Source: Mustelus asterias (lineage: Eukaryota). From it: a DNA stretch of 64,000 bases. The stretch's first letter is position 1. Each line of letters starts with the position of its first letter. The notes below the pieces were generated by a model. That model was not told where the DNA came from, did not search any database, and was given only the letters and a program-made list of their open reading frames with translations. The translations under genes and the position numbers were made by a program. The DNA lies in NCBI RefSeq assembly GCF_964213995.1, contig NC_135830.1, positions 19,344,001 to 19,408,000 of the forward strand, in the 5' to 3' direction. Shown piece by piece: positions 34,915 through 47,993 of the stretch.

Positions 34915-37003
34915 TCTCAGTTAACACGCAACACCGAGATCAGCTTAGAATCAGGAGATGAAAGTTCACCGGGAGGCAAATGTTTTCTTCGTGTCCAGTT
35001 TAGTGCCGTGTTTCTGTTGAACTAACAACAGTAGGCGGGTTCTCCTTTAACCATCCACACTGAGCGCTGAACACTGATACCAGCTCACATGGCCTTTAAG
35101 CACTCACCTGACCCGCCCAGATTAAAGATTTCTCATGCCTCACACTGCTCTCTGCCGGTGCATACTGGTAATTGCAGGGTGCAATTCTTCACTTGGACTG
35201 TCGACAAGTTGCAATTCACAAGATAGTTGCAAATGAGAACAGTTGTTTACTCTTTCCTGTTATAGACCTTTTATTGCGGGAGAGCTTAAACTCTCGTTTA
35301 TTCTACTATCCAACGATTGCAATGTATTTTCCCCTCTCATTCTTGCTGAAATTTTATTCCACACTGTGACCATTCCTGGTGTGACAAGAAGAAGGCCCAG
35401 ATGTTAGTCCTAAAATATCGTTCGATAATTTCGGAACTTGTGTAACGGGAACTTGTCTGTCTATCGAATATTTGTTGCATAACCACCGGAATAGCAACAT
35501 TGAAAACTCATAAGAATATTTTTTTTAAATACTAAGTTTGATATCAGTGTTGAATTATGTTTCCGTTTCCTCATTTGTTCCTCCAAACAACTTTTCTTCA
35601 ATAAAGACACTCGCTCCGATATTGAACTTAATACAGTGTCCTTCTCCCCTCTATTGGGGGCAAAAAGCACTACAATATACAACTTTAAAACAACCTGCTG
35701 CACTTTTGGAACCAAGATTGTTTCCAACAATTGCCGATCATACACTTTCCCTAGTATGAAGTATATTTTTCATTTTTCTTCTTTTGGAATGCGCCTGGTG
35801 GTATCGAACCTGACTTTCATCATTGCAACTCATTGATCATCCGGTGTTCCAACATTTTCTTCAGAGCGGAGTCATCGATATTGTGTCACTCTGCCCCTTT
35901 CCTCAGGAGTTCAGGTAAATGGAAAATCGATGACTTTAAAATCTCCTTGTAATACAAGATGCGAGTTGGGGGGGATATTGGTAACTGGGTCTAACAGCTG
36001 GAAATACAGCAGTGTTAATTCTGACAAAATACACGATTGATTGTGATGATCAAGCAGTTTGCCAAAACCGACTTCTTCGCAACCCGACATTTTGAAAAAA
36101 CACCATTATGTTAGCCAACTCTGGGCTGCAGCTGAGAAAAGATGCCGTTGAATCCGGCGTCCAAACTCTCACAGCGTTGGATACCAGTTGAACCCTGGTA
36201 CAGGTACTTCCCCAGCTTTGTAGATCAAATCCCCAGCCTACTGCAGCCAATTATAAGGGCGAGCAGATGTGAAGGCTATCTGGGCTAACCAATCCGTTAC
36301 CGCGAACACGATGTGTTGAATAAGAATGCTGTTAAAATTGCAAGTGACCAAGATTCAAAAGTCAGGGACTACATGCGGAGGCCACCCACTCTCATTCTGC
36401 GTAAATCTATTAAACAGCCAGTTCCATCCATCCATTTATCCGATTTAAAGGATGAAGCTTGGCTATTTACCGCATTGTTATAGTCAATTCCCTCAGGACT
36501 CAGTGGCCTCTTGCATCAGCTACGGGGAGCTTTCACAGTCAGAGAGCAGCTCTTTTAATTTGGGTTCCGGTTATGATCCAGGAACAACATTGCCTGATTT
36601 CAAAATAAAAGCAAATCACTGCGGATGCTGGAATCTGAAGCCGAAAGAGAAAATGCTGGAAAATCGCAACAGGTCTGGAAGCATCTGTGAGGAGAGAAAA
36701 GAGCTGACGTTTCGAGTCCAGATGACCCTTTGCCAAAGCTAAAAGGCATAGAAAGTGGGAGATATTGCTGTGAGGCAGCAGTAGTAACTGCTGTGCTACC
36801 GTGCCGCCCACTCATTCTGACTTACATGTCACCGCTTCCATTTTCTTCAAATGCAGTTCCAGCTCTCTGCGTTTTAACCTTTCTCAAATTTTCTGATTCA
36901 AAATATGTTTTGCTCTCTTTCCCCTTACCCTGGGGATTTAATACCGCGCTTCTTAAAATGCTGATATTTCAGGCATGGCGGAGCGTGTTTTGAAAACGGT
37001 GCA

Positions 37004-37042
37004 GGTTTTTGTACGAGATCTCCCTGTGTTTGCAACAGTGTG
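37004..37042 (-). promoter_or_regulatory. 23-RSS of array V7 (variant heptamer)
   Basis: CACACTG-23-ACAAAAACC. Confidence 0.9.
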
Positions 37043-37375
37043 CCTCTCGGCGCAAAGATAGGTGGCAGCGTCTGAAACCTGTACGCCTCTCACAGTCAGG
37101 ATGCTGAGTTTGTTGCTTTCAGCGATCGAAGCAGTGATCCTCCCGTGTTGATCGGTTCCTCTTGTGGCCATCACCAGATGCTGGGGTGACTGATTCGGGA
37201 GCTGTTTGTACCAACGCAGGGTGTTAAACGTAATGGAGCTGGTACAGTTCATGGATACATTTCCCGCTTCACTGACAACCATCCGTGGAGGGAGCTGCAG
37301 CAACTCAGCTTCTCCGGTCACCCCCGTACAGATCAGAGTGAAAAACAACAAAAAGTCGATGCAAATCTTGAGCAT
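37043..37375 (-). CDS. Intronless TRAV-like segment, copy 7
   Basis: CDR1 SSITFNTLR; ends YLCAER. Confidence 0.92.
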
Positions 37376-37950
37376 TCTCAGTTAACACGCAACACCGAGA
37401 TCAGCTTCGAACCAGGAGATGAAAGTTAACGGGGAGCCAAATGCTTTCTTCGTGTCAAGTTTAGGGCCGTGTTTCTGTTGAACTAACAACAGTAGGCGCG
37501 TTCTCCTTTAACCATCCACATTGAGCGCTTAACACTGATACCAGCTCACATCGCCTTTGAGCACTCACCTGACCCGCCCAGAGTAAATATTTCTCATGCC
37601 TCACACTGCTCTCTGCCGGTGCACACTGGTAATTGCAGGGGGCAATTCTTCACTTGGACTGTCGACAAGTTGCAATTCACAAGATAGTTGCAAATGAGAA
37701 CAGTTGTTTACTCTTTCCTGTTATAGACCTTTTATTGCGGGAGAGCTTACAGCTCTCGTTTATTCTACTATCCAACGATTGCAATGTATTTTCCCCTCTC
37801 ATTCTTGCTGAAGTTTTATTCCACACTGTGACCAGTCCTGGTGTGACAAGAACATAGAACATAGAACATAGAACATTACAGCGCAGAACAGGCCCTTCGG
37901 CCCACGATGTTGCACCGACCAGTTAAAAAAAAAAACTGTGACCCTCCAAC

Positions 37951-40770
37951 CTAAACCAATTTCTTTTCGTCCATGAACCTATCTACGGATCTCTTAAACG
38001 CCCCCAAACTAGGCGCATTTACGACTGATGTTGGCAGGGCATTCCAATCCCTCACCACCCTCTGGGTAAAGAACCTACCCCTGACATCGGTTCTATAACT
38101 ACCCCCCCTCAATTTAAAGCCATGCCCCCTCGTGCTGGATTTCTCCATCAGAGGAAAAAGGCTATCACTATCCACCCTATCTAAACCTCTAATCATCTTA
38201 TATATTTCAATAAGATCCCCTCTTAGCCGCCGCCTTTCCAGCGAAAACAATCCCAAATCCCTCAGCCTCTCCTCATAGGATCTCCCCTCCATACCAGGCA
38301 ACATCCTGGTAAACCTCCTCTGCACCCTCTCCAAAGCCTCCACATCCTTCCTGTAATGTGGGGACCAGAACTGCACACAGTACTCCAAGTGCGGCCGCAC
38401 CAGAGTTGTGTACAGTTGCAACATAACGCTACGACTCCTAAATTCAACCCCCCTACCAATAAACGCCAAGACACCATATGCCTTCTTAACAACCTTATCT
38501 ACTTGATTCCCAACTTTCAGGGATCTATGCACACATACACCTAGATCCCTCTGCTCCTCCACACTATTCAAAGTCCTCCCGTTAGCCCTATACTCAACAC
38601 ATCTGTTATTCCTACCAAAGTGAATTACCTCACACTTCTCCGCATTAAACTCCATCCGCCACCTCTCGGCCCAACTTTGCAACCTGTCTAAGTCTTCCTG
38701 CAAACTACGACACCCTTCCTCACTGTCTACCACACCACCGACTTTGGTGTCATCAGCAAATTTGCTAATCCACCCAACTATACCCTCATCCAGATCATTA
38801 ATAAATATTACAAACAGCAGTGGCCCCAGAACAGATCCCTGAGGTACACCACTTGTAACCGCACTCCATGATGAATATTTACTATCAACCACCACCCTCT
38901 GTTTCCTATCCGCTAGCCAATTCCTGATCCAATTTCCTAGATCACCCCCAATCCCATACATCTGCATTTTCTGCAGAAGCCTACCATGGTGAACCTTATC
39001 AAACGCCTTACTAAAATCCATATATACCACGTCCACTGCCTTGCCCCCATCCACCTCCTTGGTCACTTTCTCAAAAAACTCAATAAGGTTAGTAAGGCAC
39101 GACCTACCTGCCACAAAACCATGCTGACTATCACCTATCAATTCATTACTCTCCAAATAACTATAAATCCTATCCCTTATAATTTTTTCCAACATCTTGC
39201 CGACAACAGAAGTGAGACTCACCGGTCTATAATTCCCGGGGAAGTCTCTGTTCCCCTTCTTAAACAATGGGACAACATTCGCTAACCTCCAATCTTCTGG
39301 TACTATACCAGAGGCCAACGACGACCTGAAGATCAGAGCCAGAGGCTCTGCAATCACTTCTCTTGCCTCCCAGAGAATCCTTGGATAAATCCCATCCGGA
39401 CCAGGGGATTTATCTATTTTCAGACCCTCCAGAATATCCTGCACATCCTCCTTATCAACTGTAATACTGTCTATTCTACTCCCCTGCAACCCAGTGTCCT
39501 CCTCAGCTATATTCATGTCCCCTTGCGTGAACACCGAAGAGAAATATTGGTTCAATGCTTCACCAATCTCCTCCGGTTCCACACATAACTTCCCTCTGCC
39601 ATCTATAACTGGCCCTAAACTTGCCCTAACCAACCTTCTGTTCTTGACATACCTATAGAACGCCTTAGGATTCTCTTTAACCCTATCCGCCAAAGTCTTC
39701 TCATGTCCCCTTTTAGCCCTTCTAAGCTCGCTCTTCAACTCCCTCTTAGCCAATCTAAAGCTTTCTAGTGCACTACCCGAGTGCTCACGTCTCATCCGAA
39801 CATAAGCCTCCTTTTTCTTTTTAACCAACAAAGAAACTTTTTTGGTGCACCACGGTTCCCTAGCCCTACCAATTCCTCCTTGCCTGACAGGGACATACCT
39901 ATCACAGACTCGCAGTAGCTGCTCCTTGAAAAAACTCCACATGTCGGACGTTCCCAGTCCCTGTAATCTCCTAGTCCAACCTATGTTTCCTAATTCTCTC
40001 CTAATAGCCTCATAATTACCCTTCCCCCAGCTAAAACCACTGGCCCGAGGTTCATGCCTATCCCTTTCCATCACTAAGGTGAACGTAACCGAATTGTGGT
40101 CACTATCACCAAAATGCACACCAACTTCCAAGTCTAGCACCTGGTCTGGCTCATTTCCCAGCACCAGATCCAATATAGCCTCACCTCTAGTTGGCCTGTC
40201 TACATACTGAGTCAAAAAACCTTCCTGCACGCTTTGAACAAAAACTGACCCCTCTAACGAGCTAGAGCTATAACAATTCCAGTCAATATTAGTCAAGTTA
40301 AAATCCCCCATAACAATTGCCCTATTACTTTCACTCCTAAGCAGGATTGACTCCGCAATCCTTTCCTCAACCTCTCTAGAACTTTTAGGAGGTCTATAAA
40401 AGACTCCCAACAGGGTGACCTCTCCTCTCCTATTTCTAATCTCCGCCCATACTACCTCAACAGATAAGTCCTCATCAAACCTCCTCTCTGACACTGTGAT
40501 ACAATCTCTGACCAATAATGCTACCCCTCCCCCTCTTCTACCTCCTTCCCTACTTCGACTAAAACATTTGAACCCCGGGACCTGCAGCATCCATTCCTGC
40601 CCCTGCTCTATCCATGTCTCTGAAATAGCCACAACATCGAAGTCCCAGGTACTGATCCACGCTGCAAGTTCACCCACTTTATTGCGAATACTCCTGGCAT
40701 TGAAGTATACACATTTCAAACCCTGCTCCACCCCACCTCTGCAATGCCGTGCATTGCAGTCCCCATCCAT
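37951..40770 (-). CDS. CR1 LINE ORF2: APE endonuclease plus reverse transcriptase (939 aa, intact)
   Basis: YFNARSI, ISETW, GGGVAL, YRPP, MGDFN, ILDLVL, GDSDH (APE); QHGF, DFSKAFD, PQGSVLGP, FADD (RT). Confidence 0.95.
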   Translation of the reverse strand: MDGDCNARHCRGGVEQGLKCVYFNARSIRNKVGELAAWISTWDFDVVAISETWIEQGQEWMLQVPGFKCFSRSREGGRRGGGVALLVRDCITVSERRFDEDLSVEVVWAEIRNRRGEVTLLGVFYRPPKSSREVEERIAESILLRSESNRAIVMGDFNLTNIDWNCYSSSSLEGSVFVQSVQEGFLTQYVDRPTRGEAILDLVLGNEPDQVLDLEVGVHFGDSDHNSVTFTLVMERDRHEPRASGFSWGKGNYEAIRRELGNIGWTRRLQGLGTSDMWSFFKEQLLRVCDRYVPVRQGGIGRAREPWCTKKVSLLVKKKKEAYVRMRREHSGSALESFRLAKRELKSELRRAKRGHEKTLADRVKENPKAFYRYVKNRRLVRASLGPVIDGRGKLCVEPEEIGEALNQYFSSVFTQGDMNIAEEDTGLQGSRIDSITVDKEDVQDILEGLKIDKSPGPDGIYPRILWEAREVIAEPLALIFRSSLASGIVPEDWRLANVVPLFKKGNRDFPGNYRPVSLTSVVGKMLEKIIRDRIYSYLESNELIGDSQHGFVAGRSCLTNLIEFFEKVTKEVDGGKAVDVVYMDFSKAFDKVHHGRLLQKMQMYGIGGDLGNWIRNWLADRKQRVVVDSKYSSWSAVTSGVPQGSVLGPLLFVIFINDLDEGIVGWISKFADDTKVGGVVDSEEGCRSLQEDLDRLQSWAERWRMEFNAEKCEVIHFGRNNRCVEYRANGRTLNSVEEQRDLGVCVHRSLKVGNQVDKVVKKAYGVLAFIGRGVEFRSRSVMLQLYTTLVRPHLEYCVQFWSPHYRKDVEALERVQRRFTRMLPGMEGRSYEERLRDLGLFSLERRRLRGDLIEIYKMIRGLDRVDSDSLFPLMEKSSTRGHGFKLRGGSYRTDVRGRFFTQRVVRDWNALPTSVVNAPSLGAFKRSVDRFMDEKKLV

Positions 40771-40822
40771 GCATCCCTCACTTTCAGCCCCACTACTCAG
40801 GATCCCTCCCCCCCCCCCCGAA

Positions 40823-41434
40823 TCAGTTTAAACCTCCCTGCATGGCCTTAGCAAATTTACCCCCCAGGATATTGGTCCCCTTCTGATTAAGGTGTAGACC
40901 ATCCTTCTCATAGAGGTCACACCTTCCCCAGTACGAGCCCCAATTGCTTAAGTACCTGAACCCCTCCCTCCTGCACCATCCCCTCAGCCATGAATTCAAA
41001 CCTTCCCTCTCCCTATTGCTCTCTAAACTATCCCGTGGTACAGGCAAGAGTCCAGAGATAACCACTCTGTCAGTCTTGGCCTTTAGTTTCCACCCCAACT
41101 CCATAAATCCCTGCCTAATATCCCCTTCCCCTATCCTCCCTATGTCGTGTGTCCCCACATGTACAATAACTTGTGGTTTATCTCCCTCCCCCCTAAGAGT
41201 CCTGAATACCCTGTCAGACACATCCCGGACCCCAGCCCCTGGTAGGCAACACACCAACCCTGAGTCCCTACCTTTAGTTCCGACCCTCCTATCTGTCCCC
41301 TTAATTGTGGAGTCCCCAATCACAAGGCCCAGTCTTTTACAGCCCCTAACCACCTGAGCTTTCTCACTCGGCTCACCCCCAGAGATCTGCTCTCTATGCT
41401 CAGTTGATTCCTCCTCAACTGTAGCCTCCAGCAC
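40823..41434 (-). CDS. CR1 LINE ORF1 C-terminal part, SGNH/GDSL esterase-like domain (5'-truncated)
   Basis: LVIGDS, CLPGA, VHVGTHD, DGLHLN blocks. Confidence 0.88.
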   Translation of the reverse strand: MLEATVEEESTEHREQISGGEPSEKAQVVRGCKRLGLVIGDSTIKGTDRRVGTKGRDSGLVCCLPGAGVRDVSDRVFRTLRGEGDKPQVIVHVGTHDIGRIGEGDIRQGFMELGWKLKAKTDRVVISGLLPVPRDSLESNREREGLNSWLRGWCRREGFRYLSNWGSYWGRCDLYEKDGLHLNQKGTNILGGKFAKAMQGGLN

Positions 41435-43067
41435 CGAAAACCTATTATGGAGGCCCAGATGTTAGTCCTAAAATAGCGTTCGATAATTTGGGAAGTTGTG
41501 TGATGGGAACTGGTCTATCTATCGAATATTTGTTACATAACCACAGGAATGGCAAACATTGAAAACGCATAAGAATATTTTTTTTAAATAATAAGTTTGA
41601 TATCAGTGTTGTAATTATGTTTCTGTTTCCTCACATGTTCCTTCAATCAAATTTTCTTCAATAAAGACACTCGCTCTGATATTGAACTTAATTCAGTGTC
41701 CTTCTGCCCTCTTTGAAACAACCTGCTCCGCTTCTGGAACCAAGATTGTTTCCAACAATTGCCGATCATGCACTTTCCCCAGCATGAAGTATATTTTTCA
41801 TTTTTCTTCTTTTGGAATGCGCCTGGTGGTATCGAACCTGACTTTAATTATTGCAACTCATTGATCATCCGGTGTTCCAACATTTTCTTCAGATCGGAGT
41901 CATGGATATTGTGTCACTCCGCCCCTTTCCTCAGGAACTCAGATGAATGGAAAATAGATGACTTTAAAATCTCTTTCAAATACAAGATGCGAGTTGGGGG
42001 CGGATATTGGTAACTGGGTCTAACAGCTTGAAATACAGCAGTGTTAATTCTGACAAAATACACGATTCATTCTGATGATCAAGCAGTTTGCCAAAACCGA
42101 CTTCTTCGCAACCCGACGTTTTGAAAAAACACCATTATGTTAGCCAACTCTGGGCTGCAGCTGAGCAAAGCTGCCGCTTAAACCTGCGTCCAAACTCTCA
42201 CAGCGTTGGAAACCAGTTGAACCCTGGTACAGGTACTTCCCCAGCTTTGTAGATCAAATCCCCAGCCTACTGCCGTCAATTATAAGGGCGAGCAGATGTG
42301 AAGGTTGTCTGGGCTAACCAATCCGTTACCGTGAACAGGATGTTTTGAATAAGAATGCTGCGAAAATTGCAAGTGATCAAGATTCTAAAATCAGGGACTA
42401 CATGCGGAGTCCACCCACTCTCATTCTGCGTAAATCTATTAAACAGCCAGTTCCATCCCTCCATTTATCCGATTTAAAGGATGAAGCTTGGCTATTTACC
42501 GCATTGTTATAGTCAATTCCCTCAGGACTCAGTGACCTCTTGCATCAGCTACGGGGAGCTTTCACAGTCAGAGAGCAGCTCTTTTAATTTGGGTTCCGGT
42601 TATGATCCAGGAACAACATTGCCTGATTTAAAAATAAAAGCAAATCACTGCGGATGCTGGAATCTGAAGCCGAAAGAGAAAATGCTGGAAAATCTCAACA
42701 GGTCTGGAAGCATCTGTGAGGAGAGAAAAGAGCTGACGTTTCGAGTCCAGATGACCCTTTGCCAAAGCTAAAAGGCATAGAAAGTGGGAGATATTGCTGT
42801 GAGGCAGCAGTAGTAACTGCTGTGCTACCGTGCCGCCCACTGATTCTGACTTACATGTAACCGCTTCCATTTTCTTCGCAAGCAGTTCCAGCTCTCTTCG
42901 CTTTAACCTTTTAAAAATTTTCTGATTCAAGATATGTTTTGCTCTTTCCCCTTACCCTGGGAATTAATACCGCGCTTCTTAAAATGCTGATATTTCAGGC
43001 ATGGCGGAGCGTGTTTTGAAAACGGTGCAGGTTTTTGTACGAGATCTCCCTGTGTTTGCAACAGGGA

Positions 43068-43400
43068 GATCTCGGCGCAAAGATAGGTGGCAGCGTCTGA
43101 AACCTGTACGTCTCTCACGGTCAGGATGCTGAGTTTGTTGCTTTCAACGATCGAAGCAGTGATCCTCCCATGTTGATCCGTCCCTCTTGTGGCCATCACC
43201 AGATGCTGGGGTGACTGATTCGGGAGCTGTTTGTACCAACGCAGGGCCTGTAACGTAATGGAGCTGGTACAGTTCATGGATACATTTCCCGCTTCACTGA
43301 CAACCATCCGTGGAGGGAGCTGCAGCAACTCTGCTTCTCCGGTCACCCCCGTACAGATCAGAGTGAAAAACAACAAAAAGTCGATGCAAATCCGGAGCAT
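43068..43400 (-). pseudogene. Intronless TRAV-like segment, copy 8; open frame but RSS heptamer destroyed
   Basis: CDR1 SSITLQALR. The nonamer (43030-43038) and spacer are intact, but the heptamer position reads ACAGGGAGATCTCG on the plus strand, leaving no CAC on the coding strand. Confidence 0.88.
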
Positions 43401-45492
43401 TCTCAGTTAACACGCAACACCGAGATCAGCTTAGAATCAGGAGATGAAAGTTCACCTGGAGGCAAATGCTTTCTTCGTGTCCAGATTAGTGCCGTGTTTC
43501 TGTTGAACTAACAACAGTAGGCGGGTTCTCCTTTAACCATCCACACTGAGCGCTGAACACTGATACCAGCTCACACTGCCTTTAAGCACTCACCTGACCC
43601 GCCCAGATTAAATATTTCTCATGCCTCACACTGCTCTCTGCCGGTGCATACTGGTAATTGCAGGGTGCAATTCTTCACTTGGACTGTCGACAAGTTGCAA
43701 TTCACAAGATAGTTGCAAATGAGAACAGTTGTTTACTCTTTCCTGTTATAGACCTTTTATTGCGGGAGAGCTTACAACTCTCGTTTATTGTACTATCCAA
43801 CGATTGCAATGTATTTTCCCCTCTCATTCTTGCTGAAGTTTTATTCCACACTGTGACCAGTCCCGGTGTGACAAGAAGAAGGCCCAGATGTTAGTCCTAA
43901 AATAGCGTTCGATAATTTGGGAAGTTGTGTAATGGGAACTGGTCTATCTATCGTATATTTGTTACATAACCACAGGAATGGCAACATTGAAAACTCATAA
44001 GAATTTTTTAAAAAATACTAAGTTTGATATCAGTGTTGTAATTATGTTTCCGTTTCCTCATTTGTTCCTCCAAACAAATTTTCTTCAATAAAGACATTCG
44101 CTCCGATATTGAACTTAATTCAGTGTCCTTCTGCCCTCTCCTGGGGGCAAAAAGCACTACAATATACAACTTTAAAACAACCTGCTGCACTTTTGGAACC
44201 AAGATTGTTTCCAACAATTGCCGATCATACACTTTCCCTAGTATGAAGTATATTTTTCATTTTTCTTCTTTTGGAATGCGCCTGGTGGTATCGAACCTGA
44301 CTTTCATTATTGCAACTCATTGATCATCCGGTGTTGCAACATTTTCTTCAGAGCGGAGTCATGGATATTGTGTCACTCCGCCCCTTTCCTCAGGTGTTCA
44401 GGTAAATGGAAAATAGATTACTTTAAAATCTCCTTCTAATACAAGATGCGAGTTGGGAGGGGGATATTGGTAACTGGGTCTAACAGCTGGAAATACAGCA
44501 GTGTTAATTCTGACAAAATACATGATTGATTGTGATGATCAAGCAGTTTGCCAAAACCGACTTCTTCGCAATCCGATATTTTGAAAAAACACCATTATGT
44601 TAGCCAACTCTGGGCTGCAGCTGAGCAAAGCTGCCGCTTAATCCTGCGCCCAAACTCTCACAGCGTTGGAAACCAGTTGAACCCTGGTACAGGTACTTCC
44701 CCAGCTTTGAAGATCAAATCCCGAGCCGACTGCGGTCAAATGTAAGGGCGAGCAGATGTGAAGGCTATCTGGACTAACCAATCCGTTACCGTGAACACGA
44801 TGTTTTGAATAAGAACGCTGCGAAAATTGCAAGTGATCAAGATTCTAAAATCAGGGACTACAGGCGGAGTCCACCCACTCTCATTCTGCGTAAATCTATG
44901 AAACAGCCAGTTCCATCCCTCCATTTATCCGATTTAAAGGATGATGTTTGGCTATTTACCGCATTGTTATAGTCAATTCCCTCAGGACTCAGTGGCCTCT
45001 TGCATCAGCTACGGGGAGCTTTCACAGTCAGAGAGCAGCTCTTTTAATTTGGGTTCCGGTTATGATCCAGGAACAACATTGCCTGATTTAAAAATAAAAG
45101 CAAATCACTGCGGATGCTGGAATCTGAAGCCGAAAGAGAAAATGCTGGAAAATCTCAACAGGTCTGGAAGCATCTGTGAGGAGAGAAAAGAGCTGACGTT
45201 TCGAGTCCAGATGCCCCTTTGCCAAAGCTAAAAGGCATAGAAAGTGGGAGATATTGCTGTGAGGCAGCAGTAGTAACTGCTGTGCTACCGTGCCGCCCAC
45301 TCATTCTGACTTACATGTAACCGCTTCCATTTTCTTCAAATGCAGTTCCAGCTCTCTGCGTTTTAACCTTTCTAAAATTTTCTGAATCAAGATATGTTTT
45401 GCTCTCTTTCCCCTTACCCTGGGGATTTAATACCCCGCATCTTAAACTGCTGATATTTCAGGCAAGGCGGAGCGTGTTTTGAAAACGGTGCA

Positions 45493-45531
45493 GGTTTTTG
45501 TACGAGATCTCCCTGTGTTTGCAACAGTGTG
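45493..45531 (-). promoter_or_regulatory. 23-RSS of array V9 (variant heptamer)
   Basis: CACACTG-23-ACAAAAACC. Confidence 0.9.
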
Positions 45532-45864
45532 CCTCTCGGCGCAAAGATAGGTGGCAGCGTCTGAAACCTGTACGTCTCTCACGGTCAGGATGCTGAGTTT
45601 GTTGCTTTCAACGATCGAAGCAGTGATCCTCCTGTGTTGATCCGTTCCTCTTGTGGCCATCACCAGATGCTGGGGTGACTGATTCGGGAGCTGTTTGTAC
45701 CAATGCAGGATCTGAAACGTAATGGAGCCGGTGCAGTTCATGGATACATTTCCTGCTTCACTGACAATCATCAGTGGAGGGAGCTGCAGCAACTCAGCTT
45801 CTCCGGTCACCCCCGTACAGATCAGAGTGAAAAACAACAAAAAGTCAATGCAAATCTTGAGCAT
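45532..45864 (-). CDS. Intronless TRAV-like segment, copy 9
   Basis: ATG at 45864; CDR1 GSITFQILH; ends YLCAER. Confidence 0.92.
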
Positions 45865-47954
45865 TTTCAGTTGACACGCAACACCGAGATCAGCTTCGAA
45901 CCAGGAGATGAAAGTCAACCGGGAGCCAAATGCTTTCTTCGTGTCCAGTTTAGTGCCGTGTTTCTGTTGAACTGACAACAGTAGGCGGGTTCTCCTTTAA
46001 CCATCCACACTGAGCGCTGAACACTGATACCAGCTCACACAGCCTTTAAGCACTCACCTGACCCGCCCAGATTCAATATTTCTCATACCCCACACTGCTC
46101 TCTGCCGGTGCATACTGGTAATTGCAGGGTGCAATTCTTCACTTGGACTGTCGACAAGTTGCAATTCACAAGATAGTTGCAAATGAGAACAGTTCTTTAC
46201 TCTTTCCTGTTATAGACCTTTTATTGCGGGAGAACTTACAACTCTCGTTTATTCTACTATCCAACGATTGCAATGTATTTTCCCCTCTCATTCTTGCTGG
46301 AGTTTTATTCCACACTGTGACCAATCCTGGTGTGACAAGAAGAAGGCCCAGATGTTCGTCCTAAAATATCGTTCGATAATTTGGGAACTTGTGTAATGGG
46401 AACTGGTCTATCTATCGAATATTTGTTGCATAACCACAGGAATAGCAACATTGAAAACTCAGAAGAATATTTTTTTAAAATACTAAGTTTGATATCAGTG
46501 TTGTAATTATGTTTCTGTTTCCTCATATGTTCCTTTAATCAAATTTTCTTCAATAAAGACACTCGCTCCGATATTGAACTTAATTCAGTGTCCTTCTGCC
46601 CTCTACCGGGAGCAAAAAGCACTACAATATACAACTTTGAAACAACCTGCTCCGCTTCTGGAACCAAGATTGATTCCAACAATTGCCGATCATACACTTT
46701 CCCCAGTATGAAGTATATTTTTCATTTTTCTTCTTTTTGAATGCGCCTGGTGGTATCGAACATGACTTTCATTATTGCAACTCATTGATCATCCGGTGTT
46801 CCAACATTTTCTTATGAGCGGAGTCATGGATATTGTGTCACTCCGCCCCTTTCCTCAGGAGTTCAGATAAATGGAAAATAGATGACTTGAAAATCTCCTT
46901 CTAATACAAGATGCGAGTTGGGGGCGGATATTGGGAACTGGGTCTAACAGCTTGAAATACAGCAGTGTTAATTCTGACAAAATACACGATTGATTGTGAT
47001 GATCAAGCAGTTTGCCAAAACCGACTTCTTCGCAACCCTACATTTTGAAAAAGCACCATCATGTGAGCCAACTCTGGGCTGCAGCTGAGCAAAGATGGCG
47101 TTGAATCCTGCGTCCAAATTCTCACAGTATTGGAAACCAGTTGAACCCTGGTACAGGTACTTCCCCAGCTTTGTAGATCAAATCCCCAGCCTACTGCGGT
47201 CAATTATAAAGGCGAGCAGATGTGAAGGCTATCCGGACTAACCAATCCGTTACCGTGAACAGGATGTTTTGAATAAGAATGCTGCGAAAATTGCAAGTGA
47301 TCAAGATCCTAAAATCAGGGACTACATGCGGAGTCCACCCACTCTCATTCTGCGTAAATCTATTAAACAGCCAGTTCCATCCATCCATTTATCCGATTTA
47401 AAGGATGATGTTTGGCTATTTACCGCATTGTTATAGTCAATTCCCTCAGGACTCAGTGACCTCTTGCATCAGCTACGGGGAGCTTTCACAGTCAGAGAGC
47501 AGCTCTTTTAATTTGGGTTCCGGTTATGATCCAGGAACAACATTGCCTGATTTAAAAATGAAAGCAAATCACTGCGGATGCTGGAATCTGAAGCCGAAAG
47601 AGAAAATGCTGGAAAATCTCAGCAGGTCTGGAAGCATCTGTGAGGAGAGAAAAGAGCTGACGTTTCGAGTCCAGATGACCCTTTGCCAAAGATAAAAGGC
47701 ATAGAAAATGGGAGATATTGCTGTGAGGCAGCAGTAGTAACTGCTCTGCTTCCCTCCCGCCCACTCATTCTGACTTACATGTAACCGCTTCCATTTTCTT
47801 CAAATGCAGTTCCAGCTCTCTGCGTTTTAACCTTTCTAAAATTTTCTGATTCAAGATATGTTTTGCTCTTTCCCCTTACCCTGGGGGTTTAATACCGCGC
47901 TTCTTAAACTGCTGATATTTCAGGCATGGCGGAGCGTGTTTTGAAAACGGTGCA

Positions 47955-47993
47955 GGTTTTTGTACGAGATCTCCCTGTGTTTGCAACAGTGTG
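47955..47993 (-). promoter_or_regulatory. 23-RSS of array V10 (variant heptamer)
   Basis: CACACTG-23-ACAAAAACC. Confidence 0.9.

Larger units (their letters stand above)
37851..41450 (-). mobile_element. Near full-length CR1 LINE, truncated within ORF1, inserted in array unit 7
   Basis: Splits the sibling sequence GACAAGAA|GAAGGCCCAG; (AGAACAT)n tail; contains partial ORF1 and complete ORF2. Confidence 0.96.

Noticed and set aside
31707-41357. Plus-strand ORFs of 60-150 aa overlapping the LINEs
   Set aside because: Antisense shadows of CR1 ORF1/ORF2.
45865-45978. 38-aa N-terminal extension of copy 9 in the ORF track
   Set aside because: Non-ATG start, closed in sibling copies; the real start is the ATG at 45864.
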